NCBI GenBank assembly: GCA_002104905.1
Contig: MCFE01000416.1
Span: 1 to 64,000, forward strand
Origin: Basidiobolus meristosporus CBS 931.73
Taxonomy: Eukaryota > Fungi > Basidiobolomycota
Direction of reading: 5' to 3'
Length of the DNA: 64,000 nt
Positions within the stretch are counted from its first letter, which is position 1. Each line of letters starts with the position of its first letter. The translations under genes and the position numbers were made by a program. The notes beneath the pieces are model-generated. The model was not told the DNA's origin. It made no database searches and saw only the letters and a list, made by a program, of their open reading frames with translations. Below, piece after piece: positions 11,465 to 25,145 of this stretch.

Positions 11465-13893
11465 ATGATTAGTGATCCTGCACGGTCGCCACGACCCTCG
11501 ACTTCTTGGGGGAACAGCTCTGCTTCCCCTAATAGTAGTAGGAGAGGAAAATCCAACCAAAACCTGCAGCAGAATGGTTCCTCCGACTCCCCCAAATCTC
11601 CCTCCACTCCAAAAGGTAATACGGCTATTGCTACTTCTACCTCGTTTTATTATGCACACATATATAATACAATGAAAACCCTCTTTAGCTGGAGCTTTAC
11701 AGCATGTACCGTGCAAGTTTTTTAAGAATGGTGCCTGTAATGCTGGAAAAAACTGTATCTTCTCGCATAACATGGACCAGAATCCTGAAAATTCAATCTG
11801 CAAGTATTACTTGAAGGGGAATTGTAAATTTGGCAATAAGTGCGCTTTGCTGCACTCGAAAGGGTTGAATGGACTTGGGAACCCGCAAAGATCCATGAAT
11901 GTAAAGGTTGGCGGAAGGGGGTTGCAGCGAGAAGATTTCCCAATCCTATCTCCAGATAGATCCCAGTATCACCAGGAATCCCCGCCTCATACCTTGTTCC
12001 CTAGAGCAGCTATATCTCGTTCTATGCAGGAGAACTCATCTCCACATTTCGTGGGATTGCCCATGTCTCCCTTCGACAACAGCTACGGCTACGGCACTGA
12101 AAGCCCTTTTCTTTCCACAGAGGACTCGCTGTTTGGGCAGCAAGCCAGCTCCAGGCAGCCAATGTCAATATCGTTGCCTAGCCACGATCAGAGCTTTTTC
12201 GACATGTTAGGCCTTTCGCCTAGCTCGGAACGTATGGATAGCGTATTCTCCGGCAGAAACCATGGCTCTCCATTCATGCCGCTGTCAGCTGGAGGCCTTT
12301 CCCACTTGGAGTCTCCACGTAGATCACTTGATCCAATCTCCGAGGCAGAGCTGAAGCTGGATGCTCTGAAGAATCTCCATATCGACGACAACCTCAGCTA
12401 TAGCCAGGGGCTACTTCCCTCATCGCTCGATGAGCTATTGACTCCGGTTGAGATCGAAACCCGCCGCAGCAGTTTTCTGAGCAGCCCGGCAGGTACTAGT
12501 AAGCCACCCAGCCTTGGTAGATTTAGTCGCTCTCACAATGAAGAAAGTTACTTTGGAAATCTAGGAAGTTCATATACCCCAGGCATTGGGATTACTCCCC
12601 CAGTGTCTCGCCGCTCTCAATCCAATTCCAACATGGAGTTTGTCTCCAGCCTGTGGAAAAACGACTCGGAGAGCGAGCATCCCAGCGGCATTACTTCCTT
12701 CGAGGAAGACATCATGGGTGGCTTTCGTCCCCGAGTTTCCCCGTTGACCATCCCCAAAGGGAACTCTACCTTGTCCTCGCTACCGTTTGATGCCAGATCC
12801 AACGGCGTTCCCTCTTTCTCCCTGGACGAGGACATCCAGTTTTACATGGAAGAGGAGGGAGATCACTTCGTCCCCCAAGAGAAAGGTTGGTAGACGCCCC
12901 CAATGATGGTGAATTTCATACCAACCTCATGATTTCTCCCAGATCGCTTTGGAGAGCAGCCCCATCTGAAAGAGGCCTTACATAATCAGCCAGTAAGTAG
13001 CAGTCACAAATCAGCCAGCCTCGACCTCAGCGCTAAACCCGCAACTCCTGTAGCTTTGCCCGTTTGGCGAGAATGGGAACTGTCACTATGGGTCCACCTG
13101 CCAATATATACACGGCCTACCCTGCCCATCATGCTTCAAGTTTGTTCTTCACCCATATCACAGCCCGCAGCAGCATCAAGGTAAGCTTTCCTCGGCCCTT
13201 GGCGTCAGGCCTAACCTAAACCTCGATCCACAGCACACATTACCGAATGCCTTACCCAACACATTCAGACCAACGAACAGAGTCTACTTCCCAGCGATCC
13301 TCGGGAGATAAAGTGCGAGCTGTGCCGCAACAAAGTCCTTGCCACCCCCGAGAATCGCTTCGGAATCCTGAGTAGGTAACGCATTGGTCTTCGTACACCC
13401 TGCTTCACTAACAGCCTCTGTACCCTTAGATTGTGAGCATCCGTTCTGCCTTGAGTGTATTCGCGAATGGCGAGCAAATCAATCCCAAGAGAGTGAGCTG
13501 ATCAAGTTGTGCCCCATCTGGTAAGTGGAGATATTCAGTGTAGTGGCCCCGGCATGCGCTAATAACATGTGACACCCAGCCGCAAAACATCCCATTTCAT
13601 CATCCCAAGCCCAACCTGGATAGTTGACCGCACAGAAAAGCAACAGCTCTTCCATGAGTACAAGGCCAAGCTCAGGTAAGAGTCCCAGTCCCCATCCCAG
13701 CCCCATTGATCTAAGATGGTTCACCAGCAACATCCCGTGTAAATACTTCAACTCCAACGAAAAACGATGTCCGTTTGGCAGCTCTTGTTTCTATGCTCAC
13801 GTCAAGGATGACCACGAGAAATCACGTACGATCCAGACTGCGGAGGAGGAGGTGCGTGTACTGGGCTCACTCACACTCTCCGACTTCATGTGA
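11465..13893 (+). CDS. Makorin-family RING E3 ligase with CCCH zinc fingers
   Basis: ZF1 PCKFFKNGACNAGKNCIFSH; ZF2 ICKYYLKGNCKFGNKCALLH; long Ser-rich linker; ZF3 LCPFGENGNCHYGSTCQYIH; CPSC..LHP; RING CELC..CEHPFCLEC..CPIC; terminal PCKYFN..CPFGSSCFYAH. All introns GT-AG and in frame. Confidence 0.85.
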
Positions 13894-14354
13894 ATCCTTG
13901 AGAAAAATCCCCAGTGCATATATAACACGCTAAAAATCCTCCCTCCCCCCCCAAAATGGAATAATATACATATATACAGTGTAATATCGTAGGTGCCCCC
14001 GTGAAGTTCTTGTTCAGGTTAGGAAAGCAAAATCTTGTGTTGGTGTAGTGGTCCCCATACTCTTCTTTATGTTCTCTCGCTCTAATTCCATTCTCTTCTG
14101 TCTTTGATGTTTGCCTTAATTGATGCGTAGTACACCATATAAAATCCCTCTGTAGGAGCATGTCTGGGTTTTTAATTAGTCTTCGAATTAGTTCTCAAAA
14201 AGCCATTATTCGATAAGATGTGGGTCCTGCTTAGCATTTCTCGTTGGTAAACATCTAACTATTTTAATAATAAAGAACAACGAATAAAGCGGGGAGACGA
14301 AGAAGTTGGTGTATGAACAAAAGTAAAGGATGTAGGGAGATGGCGTGTGGTTTC

Positions 14355-16216
14355 TTAGTCTTCCAAGAAGAAGTAGTTGCCAGACAATTTCTGTTCTTTG
14401 TCCTTCATTGAATCGGCCTTGTTGATACGAGGACGGAAGTTGGTAGGATCACGACGGAAGGTGATCTCCAAAGAGCTGAGGAACTGGTTCATACCGGTAA
14501 CAAGGGCCTGAGGAGCAGAAGCGGTGGCCTCCACGGAAGGTGTACCGCTGTATACAACAACACGATCAGCCAAGTAGGTAGCCATGATGAAATCGTGCTC
14601 GACGATGAAGGCGGTCTTCTTGGAGTGGAGAATGAATCGCTTGATAACCTTGGCGGCGATAATTCTTTGCTCGGAATCAAGGTAAGCAGAGGGCTCATCG
14701 ATAAGGTAGATATCAGCAGGTTGACCCAAGGCGAGGATGATGGCAACACGCTGAAGTTCACCACCGGAGAGGTTCTGCACTTGTTGATCCAAGATATGCT
14801 CGACGGTGAGAGGCTTGACAACGTCAGTTTGGAACTGAGGATGCATGAAAGCACCCTTGATCTTCTTGAGGAACAACATTCTAACAGTGCCTGGGAACTT
14901 GGGACTGATCTTTTGGGGCTTGTAGGAGATGTTCAACTCGGGGACTTGTTGGTCGTTATCGGCCTTCAAGAGACCGGCCAAAAGACGGATGAAGGTGGTC
15001 TTACCGGTACCGTTTTGTCCCAACATGACAATGATTTCGGAATCAGTGAACTGACCAGCGTCGACGTTCAATTTGAAGTCGCCAAGAGTCTTGCTCATCT
15101 TGGGGTACTTGTATCTTCTATTCTTCTCTAGGTCGTCGAATTGGTCTCCGGTCTCGGAGAGTCTGAAAGTCAAGGATTCGGTACGGAAACGAAGATTCTC
15201 GGTGGGGATCATTCCGTCAAGGAAAATGTTGATACCTTCACGGACAGAGAAAGGCAAGGTAACCACACCATAAGCACTTGGCATTCCGTAAAGGACGCAC
15301 ACGAAGTCGGAAAGGTAATCCAAGACGGACAGATCGTGCTCAACTACGATGACGTAGCAGAGAGGGTGAAGAAGGGAACGAATGGTTCTGGCGGCGTTTA
15401 GACGTTGCTTGACATCCAAGTAACTGGATGGCTCATCGAACATGTAAATGTCGGCATTTTGGACGCATACGACAGCGATGGCGAAACGCTGAAGTTCACC
15501 ACCGGAAAGCTGCTCCACCTGACGGGTAAGAACATCCTTCAGGTCCAAGGCGTCGAGCATCTCCTGCTTGTTGTTTCTCTCAAGCTTGGCATCCAACAAG
15601 TCGGTAACGCTACCGCGAACGGCCTTGGGGATGTGATCGACGTACTGAGGCTTGATAATGGCCTTCAAGTTGTCCTCCAAAATCTTGGTGAAGTAGTTTT
15701 GAAGCTCAGAACCACGGAAATGCTTGAGAATATCTTGCCAGTCCGGTGGGTCATCGAATCTACCAAGGTTTGGCTTGAGCTTTCCGGCGAGGATCTTCAA
15801 GGCAGTAGATTTACCAATACCGTTGGTACCCACCAGACCCAAGACCTGGCCAGGTCTGGGGACAGGAAGACGATGAAGCTTGAAAGAGTTGGCACTGTAA
15901 CGGTGAGTGGTGTCCTTCTCAAGATTAGTGGGCAAGTTGATGATGGTGATAGCCTCGAAGGGACATTTCTTGGCACAGATACCACAACCAATACAAAGCT
16001 CCTCGGAAATGAAGGCGATCTTTGAAGCGGAGGTTACTTCAATGCAAAGTTTACCTGAACGATAGCCAGTTTAGAGCGGGAGCAAGACGGAAGCAAAGCT
16101 ACGATGCACTTACCCATACGGTTCACTGGACATCCCTTTTTACATTCTTGACGACATTTCTTGGGTTTACACTTGTCGGTACTGACAATGGCAATACGGG
16201 TAAGTTTGTCAGACAT
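14355..16216 (-). CDS. RLI1: ABCE1/Rli1 ribosome recycling ATPase
   Basis: Fe-S N-terminus [16 protein letters not shown]; two ABC domains ([25 protein letters not shown]); C-terminal [13 protein letters not shown]. Confidence 0.97.
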
Positions 16217-16849
16217 GATGAGTAAAGAATCCGCACGAAACTAAACAAGCCGAAGACAGTTGTTCTACTTTTTTGTAATCGTATATATCCGACCAGTTTT
16301 TTTTTTAGTCACCCACTTTTCTTCATTTCAATGTGGCCGCTATTATCTCCAATATATTTTCGAATAGCCTGGATTGACAGCCTGGGATTGGTGCAAAAAA
16401 ATAGCATCATCAATATCAAGGGTTGGAAAAAAAGGGGTAGACGTTTGGTAATGCCTCAACTCGTCACCAACATGACAACTCTGTATCAAAGGAGTTGTAC
16501 AAACATATCTTGGTCGAAGAATCAATCTGGGGTCCCCACCATTGGCAGTGATGCCACTGAAACGATCATCCATCACCATCATCATCATGTGCAGGAGCAG
16601 CAGGTGCAAGTGGCATTTGATGAAAGCTGCATCCATTAATCAAAGTTGGTTTTTTTAACTCCATTTCGCGTTTATTTGCCACTTGTTGTCTAAGGTTGGT
16701 TTAGCTAGAAAAGAGGGTGTTCGCACTAGGCTGGTACCCTGAAATATTTTTAGTGGATTTAGCGAGTGGAAATTTTTTGACAATTTCGAGATACAAGCGG
16801 TTATTGGAAACTTGGACTTCCCGTTACTCTAAAGTTATCAATTAGGAAT

Positions 16850-17503
16850 ATGTCTCAAGCTGTTGGAAAGGTATTTGTCCCCAGATATTCGCTGTCCTCG
16901 ATGTACCCACTCTCAAACCACTTCTCTCGAACAACAGACCGCGTTGGCCTACTCCCGTGTGTGGCATTTGGTTGATGCTAAGGATCGTGTCCTTGGTAGA
17001 ATGGCCACCTCAATTGCCACCACTCTTATGGGAAAGCACAAGCCAATTTTCGACCCTGCGTGTAGGTTATGTTTCCTTCGAGAATTCTCCTCCCACGTTT
17101 ATTCATCGTTTGTTTCGTATCAATAGCCGATTGCGGTGATTATGTTGTTGTCGTTAATGCCAAGCATGTCCACGTCACTGGACGTAAGGCCGAGCAGAAG
17201 CTTTATAGACACCACACTGGCCATCCAGGTGGTTTGAAGGAAATCCCATACAAGTACATGATGGAACACAAGCCTGAAGAGATTATTCGCCGAGCAGTGT
17301 CTGGCATGTTGCCCAAGAACAAGGTCCGTGAGCTCCGCTTATCGCGTCTCCTCATCTTCCCCGACGAGCAGCATCCACACGAAGGAAACATCATCAAGCG
17401 CTACGACGAGAAAATCAACCCCGACCCCAAAAACTACATGAAGTCCGAACAGTTCAAGCCCAAGCTTTACAAGAAGAAGCTCAACGACGTCAAGCAAAAC
17501 TGA
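16850..17503 (+). CDS. MRPL23: Mitochondrial ribosomal protein uL13m
   Basis: Three exons: MSQAVGK | [33 protein letters not shown] | [23 protein letters not shown]. Confidence 0.9.
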
Positions 17504-17861
17504 TTCGGTCACTACTTTGTATTCACAATTCCCATCTTTTGCATTATTGTTCAGAACCACCCCATCCCTTAGATATTTCGGATGTTTTCAGCGTTTCTTT
17601 GGATCTTTTCCCCGGCAATGCATATCCCACACCAAACTCTTCATCTCTAATAAATCCCTTTCGAGTGAGATGTCACTGTCACTGTCCAATCCTAATTTTG
17701 TTTAAGCAATGAGTGCGAGAGTTATGTGGAGTTTGCGAGCAATCTAATCATTTTGGATTCATGCCAATAATTTCTGGTCGAAATGTCATGGGAGCTGAGT
17801 CAATTTTATTCCAGTTAATACGTGTTGGTTGTCAACTCTTGACCTTCTGTGAACAGTAGAG

Positions 17862-20596
17862 ATGGCCTCGAAAGTGATTGCCGAAATCCAGCGGTCGTTC
17901 AAAACGAACTACTTTGCGACTACGAAAAAAGGTTTGACGACGGCTTTCATATCCCCCCTTCTGAATTTTCCTTGTGTAAATGCGGCCTTGGCACTCTTCA
18001 TCCTTTCCTGCGGGCCCGGTTTCGTTCATCTTGTCCGCCGTCTTGGCATACCCGCATAGCACTCACTGTGAAGGATAAACGCTAACCCATTCCTCTCCCA
18101 CCCATAGGTGAAACCTATGAATTGCGGGCCGATCTTAATAGCGAGTACAGGGAGGCCAGAAAGGATGCAGTGAAACGTGTTATCGCCAACATGACAGTAG
18201 GAAAAGACGTCAGCGGTCTATTTCCGGATGTCATCAAGAACATGCAAACTGAGGATATAGAACTCAAGAAGCTGGTTTACCTGTATTTGATGAATTATGC
18301 CAAAACACAGCCCGAGCTGGTCATTTTGGCCGTAAATACTTTCGTCAAGGTACCCTCAAGCGCTCTTTTCGCACTCGATATCGTTCATCCTCCACACAAT
18401 GAGCCAGCTAACCCGCGAACTTCTCCGCAGGACACCGAAGACCACAATCCTCTGATCAGAGCTCTTGCTATCAGAACCATGGGCTGCATCCGCGTTGACA
18501 AGATTACCGATTATCTTTGCGAACCTCTTGGAAAATGCCTTAAAGTATGGGGTTCGCTTGTGGTTGTTATGGTTCAGTTAACTTAACTTCAACTTGAATT
18601 GCGTCTAGGATGACAATCCTTATGTTCGTAAAACTGCAGTTATTGCTGTCGCCAAGCTCTACGACCTTAATCCCGAGCTTGCCATCGAAAATGGCTTTGT
18701 ATCCATGCTTCACGAGCTTGTTTCCGATTCCAACCCAATGGTAGAGCGCGTCGTGTAAGGCTTTCGTGCTCGCTGTACTAAGCCTATCATCCTAGGTTGT
18801 TGCCAACTCCTTGACCGCCCTTCGGGAGATCAACGAGAATTCCCCCAACAAGGACCTGTTTGTTGTGGACGCCGCCATTCTCAACAAACTATTGATCGCT
18901 TTGAACGAATGTACAGAGTAAGTCGCAGGTTTCGAATCACTGCAGGCAGCCCTATGCAGCTTACACCGTTTATCTCACAAACAACAAAGGTGGGGCCAGA
19001 TTACCATTATGTCATGTTTGTCCGAGCGTAGGCCAAGGGATGCTGAGGAGGCGCAGAATGTTTGTGAGCGCGTGTTGCCTCGTTTGCAACACGCCAATGC
19101 CAGTGTCGTGCTTGCTGCTGTCAAGGTAAGTAAAGCTGCTCACACGATAGCCGGGTTCAGCGCTAACCGAGTGCCCTTAGGTTTTGCTACTTTACATGGA
19201 CTATGCACAGAGCAGAGAGCTGCACCAACTCATCATTAAGAAACTAGCCCCACCACTCGGTAGTATCAACCAGAGATGTATTCAGCGACCAAGCAATTAA
19301 CCAAGTCTATTTAGTCACCCTCTTGTCCTCGGCCCCTGAAGTCCAGTACGTTGCTCTGCGCAACATCCTTCTTATATTACAAAAGAGACCAGAGGTTCTA
19401 TCCAGAGAAATCCGAGTGTTCTTCTGTAAATACAACGATCCCCCGTATGTTAAGGTGGAGAAATTGAAGTTGATGATCAAGCTAGCCAACGAGACCAACG
19501 TTGACCAACTTCTGTCCGAGCTCAAAGAGTAAGCATCCCTGCCCCCCCCCTCCATGACTCGACGTCGTCGCTGACCTAGCATACGGAACTTCCCAGGTAC
19601 GCAAATGAAGTCGATGTCGATTTCGTCAGGAAAGCCATCAAAGCAATCGGTAGCTGTGCCATTCGAATCGAGGCTGCTACCGAAAGATGCATCAACGTGT
19701 TACTAGATCTTATTAACACCAAGATCAACTACGTGGTTCAAGAGGCCGTCATTGTCATGAGAGTAAGCGCCTTTGTTCTCCTCGGATGAATGCCACGCCT
19801 TATCAAGCTTGCTTCCAACAGGACGTGTTTAGAAAGTACCCCCACCAATACGAAGGGGTCATTCCCACTCTGTGCGAGAATCTAGAGGCGATCGATGAGC
19901 CGGAGGCTAAAGCATCGTTGATATGGATTATCGGAGAGTACGCGGAGAGGATCACAAATGCTGCCGAACTGCTTGAAACCTTTTTGGAGCAGTTCGACGA
20001 TGAAAGCAACCAGGTATGCGTCCCGGCCAAGTACACACTAGCGCACATTCCAGTGCCATAACCTGTATTGAAATCAACCAGGTCCAACTTCAACTACTTA
20101 CCGCGGTGGTGAAGCTATTCCTCAAGAAGCCAACCGAGTGCCAAAACCTCGTTCTCAAGACCCTCCAAACCACCACGCAAACCTGCGACAACCCTGATAT
20201 CAGGGACAGGGCATACATCTACTGGCGCCTTCTATCCACAGACCCCCAGGCCGCAAATGTAATCCCAATCATAGTTAATCGTCAACAACCATGCCGCGAA
20301 GGCGTCTAACATCCCCTATCGATTCTGTCCCTTAGGCCATCGTGTTGTCGGAAAAGCCTCCGATTTCCGAAGACACCTCCGATCTGTCCGAAAGCCTCCT
20401 GAATGAGCTCATCTTCAACATCTCTACCATCGCCTCGGTCTACCACAAGCCTGCCCATGTCTTCTTGAACGATGGCAGAGTTGGCGCAGATGAAGCCCAG
20501 AGCTCACCGGACAAGGCAGAGGCGTTCATGCCAGAGACCTCAATCCACATTGAAAATGTCCCACAACCCACCAATGATCTCCTTATTGAATTCTAA
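17862..20596 (+). CDS. APL2: AP-1 adaptor complex beta subunit (beta-adaptin)
   Basis: [47 protein letters not shown]; YVRKTA; [11 protein letters not shown]. Many short introns and no appendage domain. The beta-1 versus beta-2 call comes from the N-terminal motif only. Confidence 0.8.
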
Positions 20597-20917
20597 GTTG
20601 ATGTAACTCCACTAGCCGTCATCCCACCACATCTACCCTTGGCCAACGAAATGAAATCACTGAAATTAAATCCACCCAAGCAAAATTAATGAGTAGCCAT
20701 TGGCTCGGTTGGTTCGAGGGGATCTGGGAGAATTTACCATTCGTTGAGGGGGGTTGTTTGTTTACTTATCAAATGGAAACAATCTCGAAAACATCAAAAC
20801 AATTGTTTAGATTCTTTACTAAATGCTGCGCGGTGGTGGTCCCCTACTTTACCGCTTGACCCACCCATTTTCCTCTACCCACATTTTACTAATCCGACAA
20901 ACTTCGATAGCACAGCG

Positions 20918-23900
20918 ATGCCGACAATAGACCCCAACTCTATGAATGTCGACGCCCACGAGGAAACCAAGCCTCGTTTAGTCATCAAGAAGATGGCGCT
21001 GATCAATTTCAAATCGTACGCAGGTCGCCAGGAGATTGGTCCTTTTCACAAGTCCTTTTCTGCCGTGGTAGGTCCTAACGGCTCCGGCAAGTCCAACGTC
21101 ATCGACTCTTTGCTGTTTGTCTTCGGCTACCGGGCCAACAAAATGAGACAAGGGAAACTGTCGGAGCTGATTCACTCGTCGGCCAGATACCCCAACCTGG
21201 AGCACTGCACTGTGGAGGTTCACTTTCAAGAAATCATAGATCTACCTGGCCCGGATGCCTACGAACCTGTTCCGAACTCCGAGTTGGTTGTCTCCAGGTC
21301 TGCCTATCGTAACAACTCGAGCAAATACTTCATCAACGGAAATCCTAGCAACTACACCGATGTCACCACTCTCCTGAAGTCCCGCGGGATTGATCTTGAT
21401 CACAAGCGTTTCTTGATCTTGCAGGGTGAAGTGGAGTCCATCTCACAGATGAAGCCAAAGGCCACCAATGAACACGAAGACGGACTCTTGGAGTATCTGG
21501 AAGACATCATTGGCACATCCAAATATAAAGAGTCCATCAAGGAGGCTGCCCAAGAGCTGGAGAACAAGAACGAAGAACGCAATGAGAAACTCACCAGAGT
21601 CAAGATTGTAGAGAAGGAGAAGCAGGGCTTGGAGTCCAAGAGAGCTGAGGCTTTGGACTTCGTGCGGTCTGAGAACGACCTGGTGCTCAAAAAATCAACC
21701 TTATACCAAGCCAACATCATGCTTTGTGAGAGAAACATGGAGGCCATGACTCAAAAGATTGAGCAGATTCAACAGAAACTTCAGTCAGAGGCCGAGAAGC
21801 ATTCCTCCGTAAAGGATGATCTCTCAGTGTTGGAGAAGGATTACAATACCACAGTCAAAGAATACGAGGAGATCGGTCAGAAAACCAACGAGGTTCTCAA
21901 GGAGCTTGCCAAATACGACCGGGAAGACATCGAGCTCCAGGAAAACAAGAAGCATTTGAAATCGAAATTAAAGAAGATCGCCAAGGATTATCAAAAGGTA
22001 ACTGGAAGTCTGACTGCACGTCAAAGAAGCGATGCTAATCCCCACCTCTTTGTAGGATGAGTTGAAAAAGGCCGAGCTGGAAACTTGGTTCACCAACCAT
22101 TCCGAAGATTTAGAAAAGGGCAATGCGGAGATCGCCACGTTGGAGGAGAACCTGACCAAGGAGGAGGCCGCCCTAGAGGAGATCACCGCCGGTTTGAAGG
22201 GGAAAACCGAAAAGTTCTCCATCAAAATCGAAGCCAAGCAAAAAGAACTCGCACCGTGGGTCGAGAAAATCAACCAGAAGCAGTCCCAAATTGACGTTGC
22301 CCAGTCGGAATACCAGATGCTGGAAGCGAGATCTACTGCTGGCCAACGCTCTCTTGAGGAGGCTGTTATCGAGTTGAAGGAAACCAAAAACTCCATCAAG
22401 GAGAAGAGTGCCGAGTTGGAGCAGCTTCAACAAGAAAAGAGCGAAAATGAAAAGAAGGTGAAGTCCTTGGCTCGCAAACTCGAGTCAACCCAGACACGCG
22501 AAAAGGAGCTGAAGACCGTTCTTGGTAAAGCCCGTGAAGTGGCTCAGGAGGCTCGAAACTCGTTACAGACTGCTAGTTCCAAGGGAGCAGTTCTGAGCAG
22601 CCTCATGAGACTGAAGGACCTGGGTCGTATCAAAGGGATCCATGGCCGTCTCGGAAGCTTGGGAGTGATTGATGACAAGTATGATATCGCCATTTCTACC
22701 GCATGCCCTTCCCTTGATAATATTGTGGTGGATACCGTCCAGACCGGCCAGAACTGTATCGAATTCTTGCGTAAGAATAACCTTGGTCGCGCGGTGTTCG
22801 TTTTATTGGAGCAACTACCCAAAATGAACTTGAATCCCATCAAAACCCCAGAGAACGTCCCTCGTCTTTATGACCTGGTTAAACCTAAGGACCCTATGTT
22901 TGCTCCAGCATTCTATAGCGTTCTCCGGGACACCCTAGTTGCCAAAGACCTCGACCAGGCCAATCGCATTGCATTCGGGAAACAAAGATGGAGAGTTGTT
23001 ACTCTTGACGGTCAACTTATCGACAAGTCCGGTACCATGTCCGGTGGTGGCAACAAGGTACATCGCGGTGCCATGAGCTCCAAATTCGACATGGGCGACG
23101 TTGCCGAAGAAACCGTCATCGCGCTAGAGAAAAAAAGTGAGGCGAAAACGGTCGAGTACAGGACTTTCATTGAGAACCGCAAAGACCTCGAGAGGGAACT
23201 GGAAGAAGCCAAGGCCCTGCTTCCAGCCTTGGAACTGAAGATCTCCAAGTTGGAGATGGACATTGCCGCCATTTCCAACCAGTACGCTGAAGGAAAGAAG
23301 AAGGTGGTGGAGCTCAAAGAGCAGGTCATGCCTGATGAAAAGGATCTTCAAAGAATGGAGGATTTGGAAGGAGAGATTGCCAAGTACACCAAGGAACTGG
23401 ACTCCTTGAAGTCCAAAGCATCCAAGTTTGAAGATGAGATCAAGAGCCTTCAAGACCAAATCCTTTCCGTGGGTGGTGTGCGTTTGAGAAGCCAGAACGC
23501 CAAGGTTGAGAGCATCAAGGAGCAAATTGAGACCATCAACAACACCATGGTCAAGTCTGAGGTCGAGAGGAAAAAGGCCGAGAAGGATCTGGTCAAGATC
23601 ACCAAGACACTGGAGAACTACGAAGCCGAAGTCAATGAGCTGAAGGATGAGCTGATCCAACTCAACGCACAGATTGAGGAAAAGACCAACGCGGCCATGG
23701 ACATCCGTGCCAGAAGCGACGAGGCTCGAGAGATCATGGAAGAAAAGAAGATGGAGCTGGAGGAAATGAAGAAACTCCTTGAGGAACGCACGGCCATGTT
23801 CAACGAAAGCCGCGTCAAAGAAGTCAAACTACGCAACCAACTGGAAGACTCGGAGCGCAGCAGGGCTGAAAGCACCCAAAAGTCCAAGTACTGGAAGACT

Positions 23901-24656
23901 GAGCTTGACAGGCTCAATCTTCAGGAAATCACCAACGAGGACTCGGAGAAAATTGAATTCCAGACATACACCCCCGAGGAACTGGAGGAGATTGACCGGG
24001 ACGCGCTGAAAGAAGAGATAGCCGATCTGGAAAGCAAACTCCAGGAGGCCAAGCCCAACCTTAGCGTGCTGAACGAGTATCGCGAGAGAGAGGCCGAATA
24101 TCAGACCAGGGTGGTCGACCTTGAGCAGGTGACCCAGAAGCGGGACGAAGCGAAGCAGACCTACGATAACCTCCGTAAATCCAGACTGGACGAGTTCATG
24201 ATCGGCTTCAATACCATATCTCACAAGCTGAAGGAGATGTACCAGATGATCACCCTCGGAGGTAACGCGGAATTGGAGCTGGTTGACAGTCTCGATCCGT
24301 TCTCCGAAGGTATCATCTTCAGCGTGATGCCCCCCAAGAAGTCCTGGAAGAACATCTCCAACCTCTCAGGTGGTGAGAAGACGCTGAGCTCGCTCGCGTT
24401 GGTGTTTGCCTTGCATCATTTCAAGCCCACCCCGCTGTACGTAATGGACGAGATCGACGCGGCCCTCGACTTCCGAAACGTCTCGATTGTTGCCAACTAC
24501 ATCAAGGACCGTACCAAGAACGCCCAGTTTGTGATCATCAGTTTGAGAAACAACATGTTCGAGCTGGCCGATCGCTTGGTGGGCATCTATAAAACCGACA
24601 ACTGCACCAAGTCCATTACAATTAACCCAGACAAGATGGCTACGGCTCTCATGTAA
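20918..24656 (+). CDS. SMC4: Condensin subunit Smc4
   Basis: NFKSYAG..GPNGSGKSNVID; hinge GIHGRLGSLG..; LSGGEKTLSSLAL; DEIDAALD. One intron near 21998-22056. An upstream exon is possible because a branch/acceptor-like sequence precedes 20918. Confidence 0.95.
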
Positions 24657-25145
24657 ATCAACGTACAGCTTAGATGGATGTATATATATGTAGATAATCA
24701 TTTTTGTTCCAGAATAAATGCGCTTGTTTGATGTGTATCGCGATGACTGCCCAGTGTCCGGCAATTGTTTTGAATGATTTTGGGATGAAGCGCGTTGGGT
24801 CGAGTGGAAATATACATCATTGGCTGTAATCCATGGGATTGATTTCATTCGTGAACGCGTGTCCTATCAAGCAGATATTGAGGATATTATCTAGGGCAAG
24901 TGAGAAAGTAAGGCGTCTTTTAATTTAGGCATATTCATTAAACCTGGTTGGATGAGCTGGGAATCTTTAGTTTAAACTTTAACTTGAATATTAGATACCC
25001 GTTTTTTCAAAATCGAAGTGGTTTTCTGATTCTGGTCAAGTGGAAATTTCCCCCTGATTACCTCAATACGTACACATCCCGTAGAGGGAAACAAAGACCA
25101 AGGCAGATAATAGTCCGACTACGGGGAGTAATGAATTGAAAGCAC

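Noticed and set aside
20744-20917. N-terminal extension of the SMC4 ORF in the ORF track
   Set aside because: It starts at a non-ATG codon, has no SMC similarity and looks like promoter/intron sequence.
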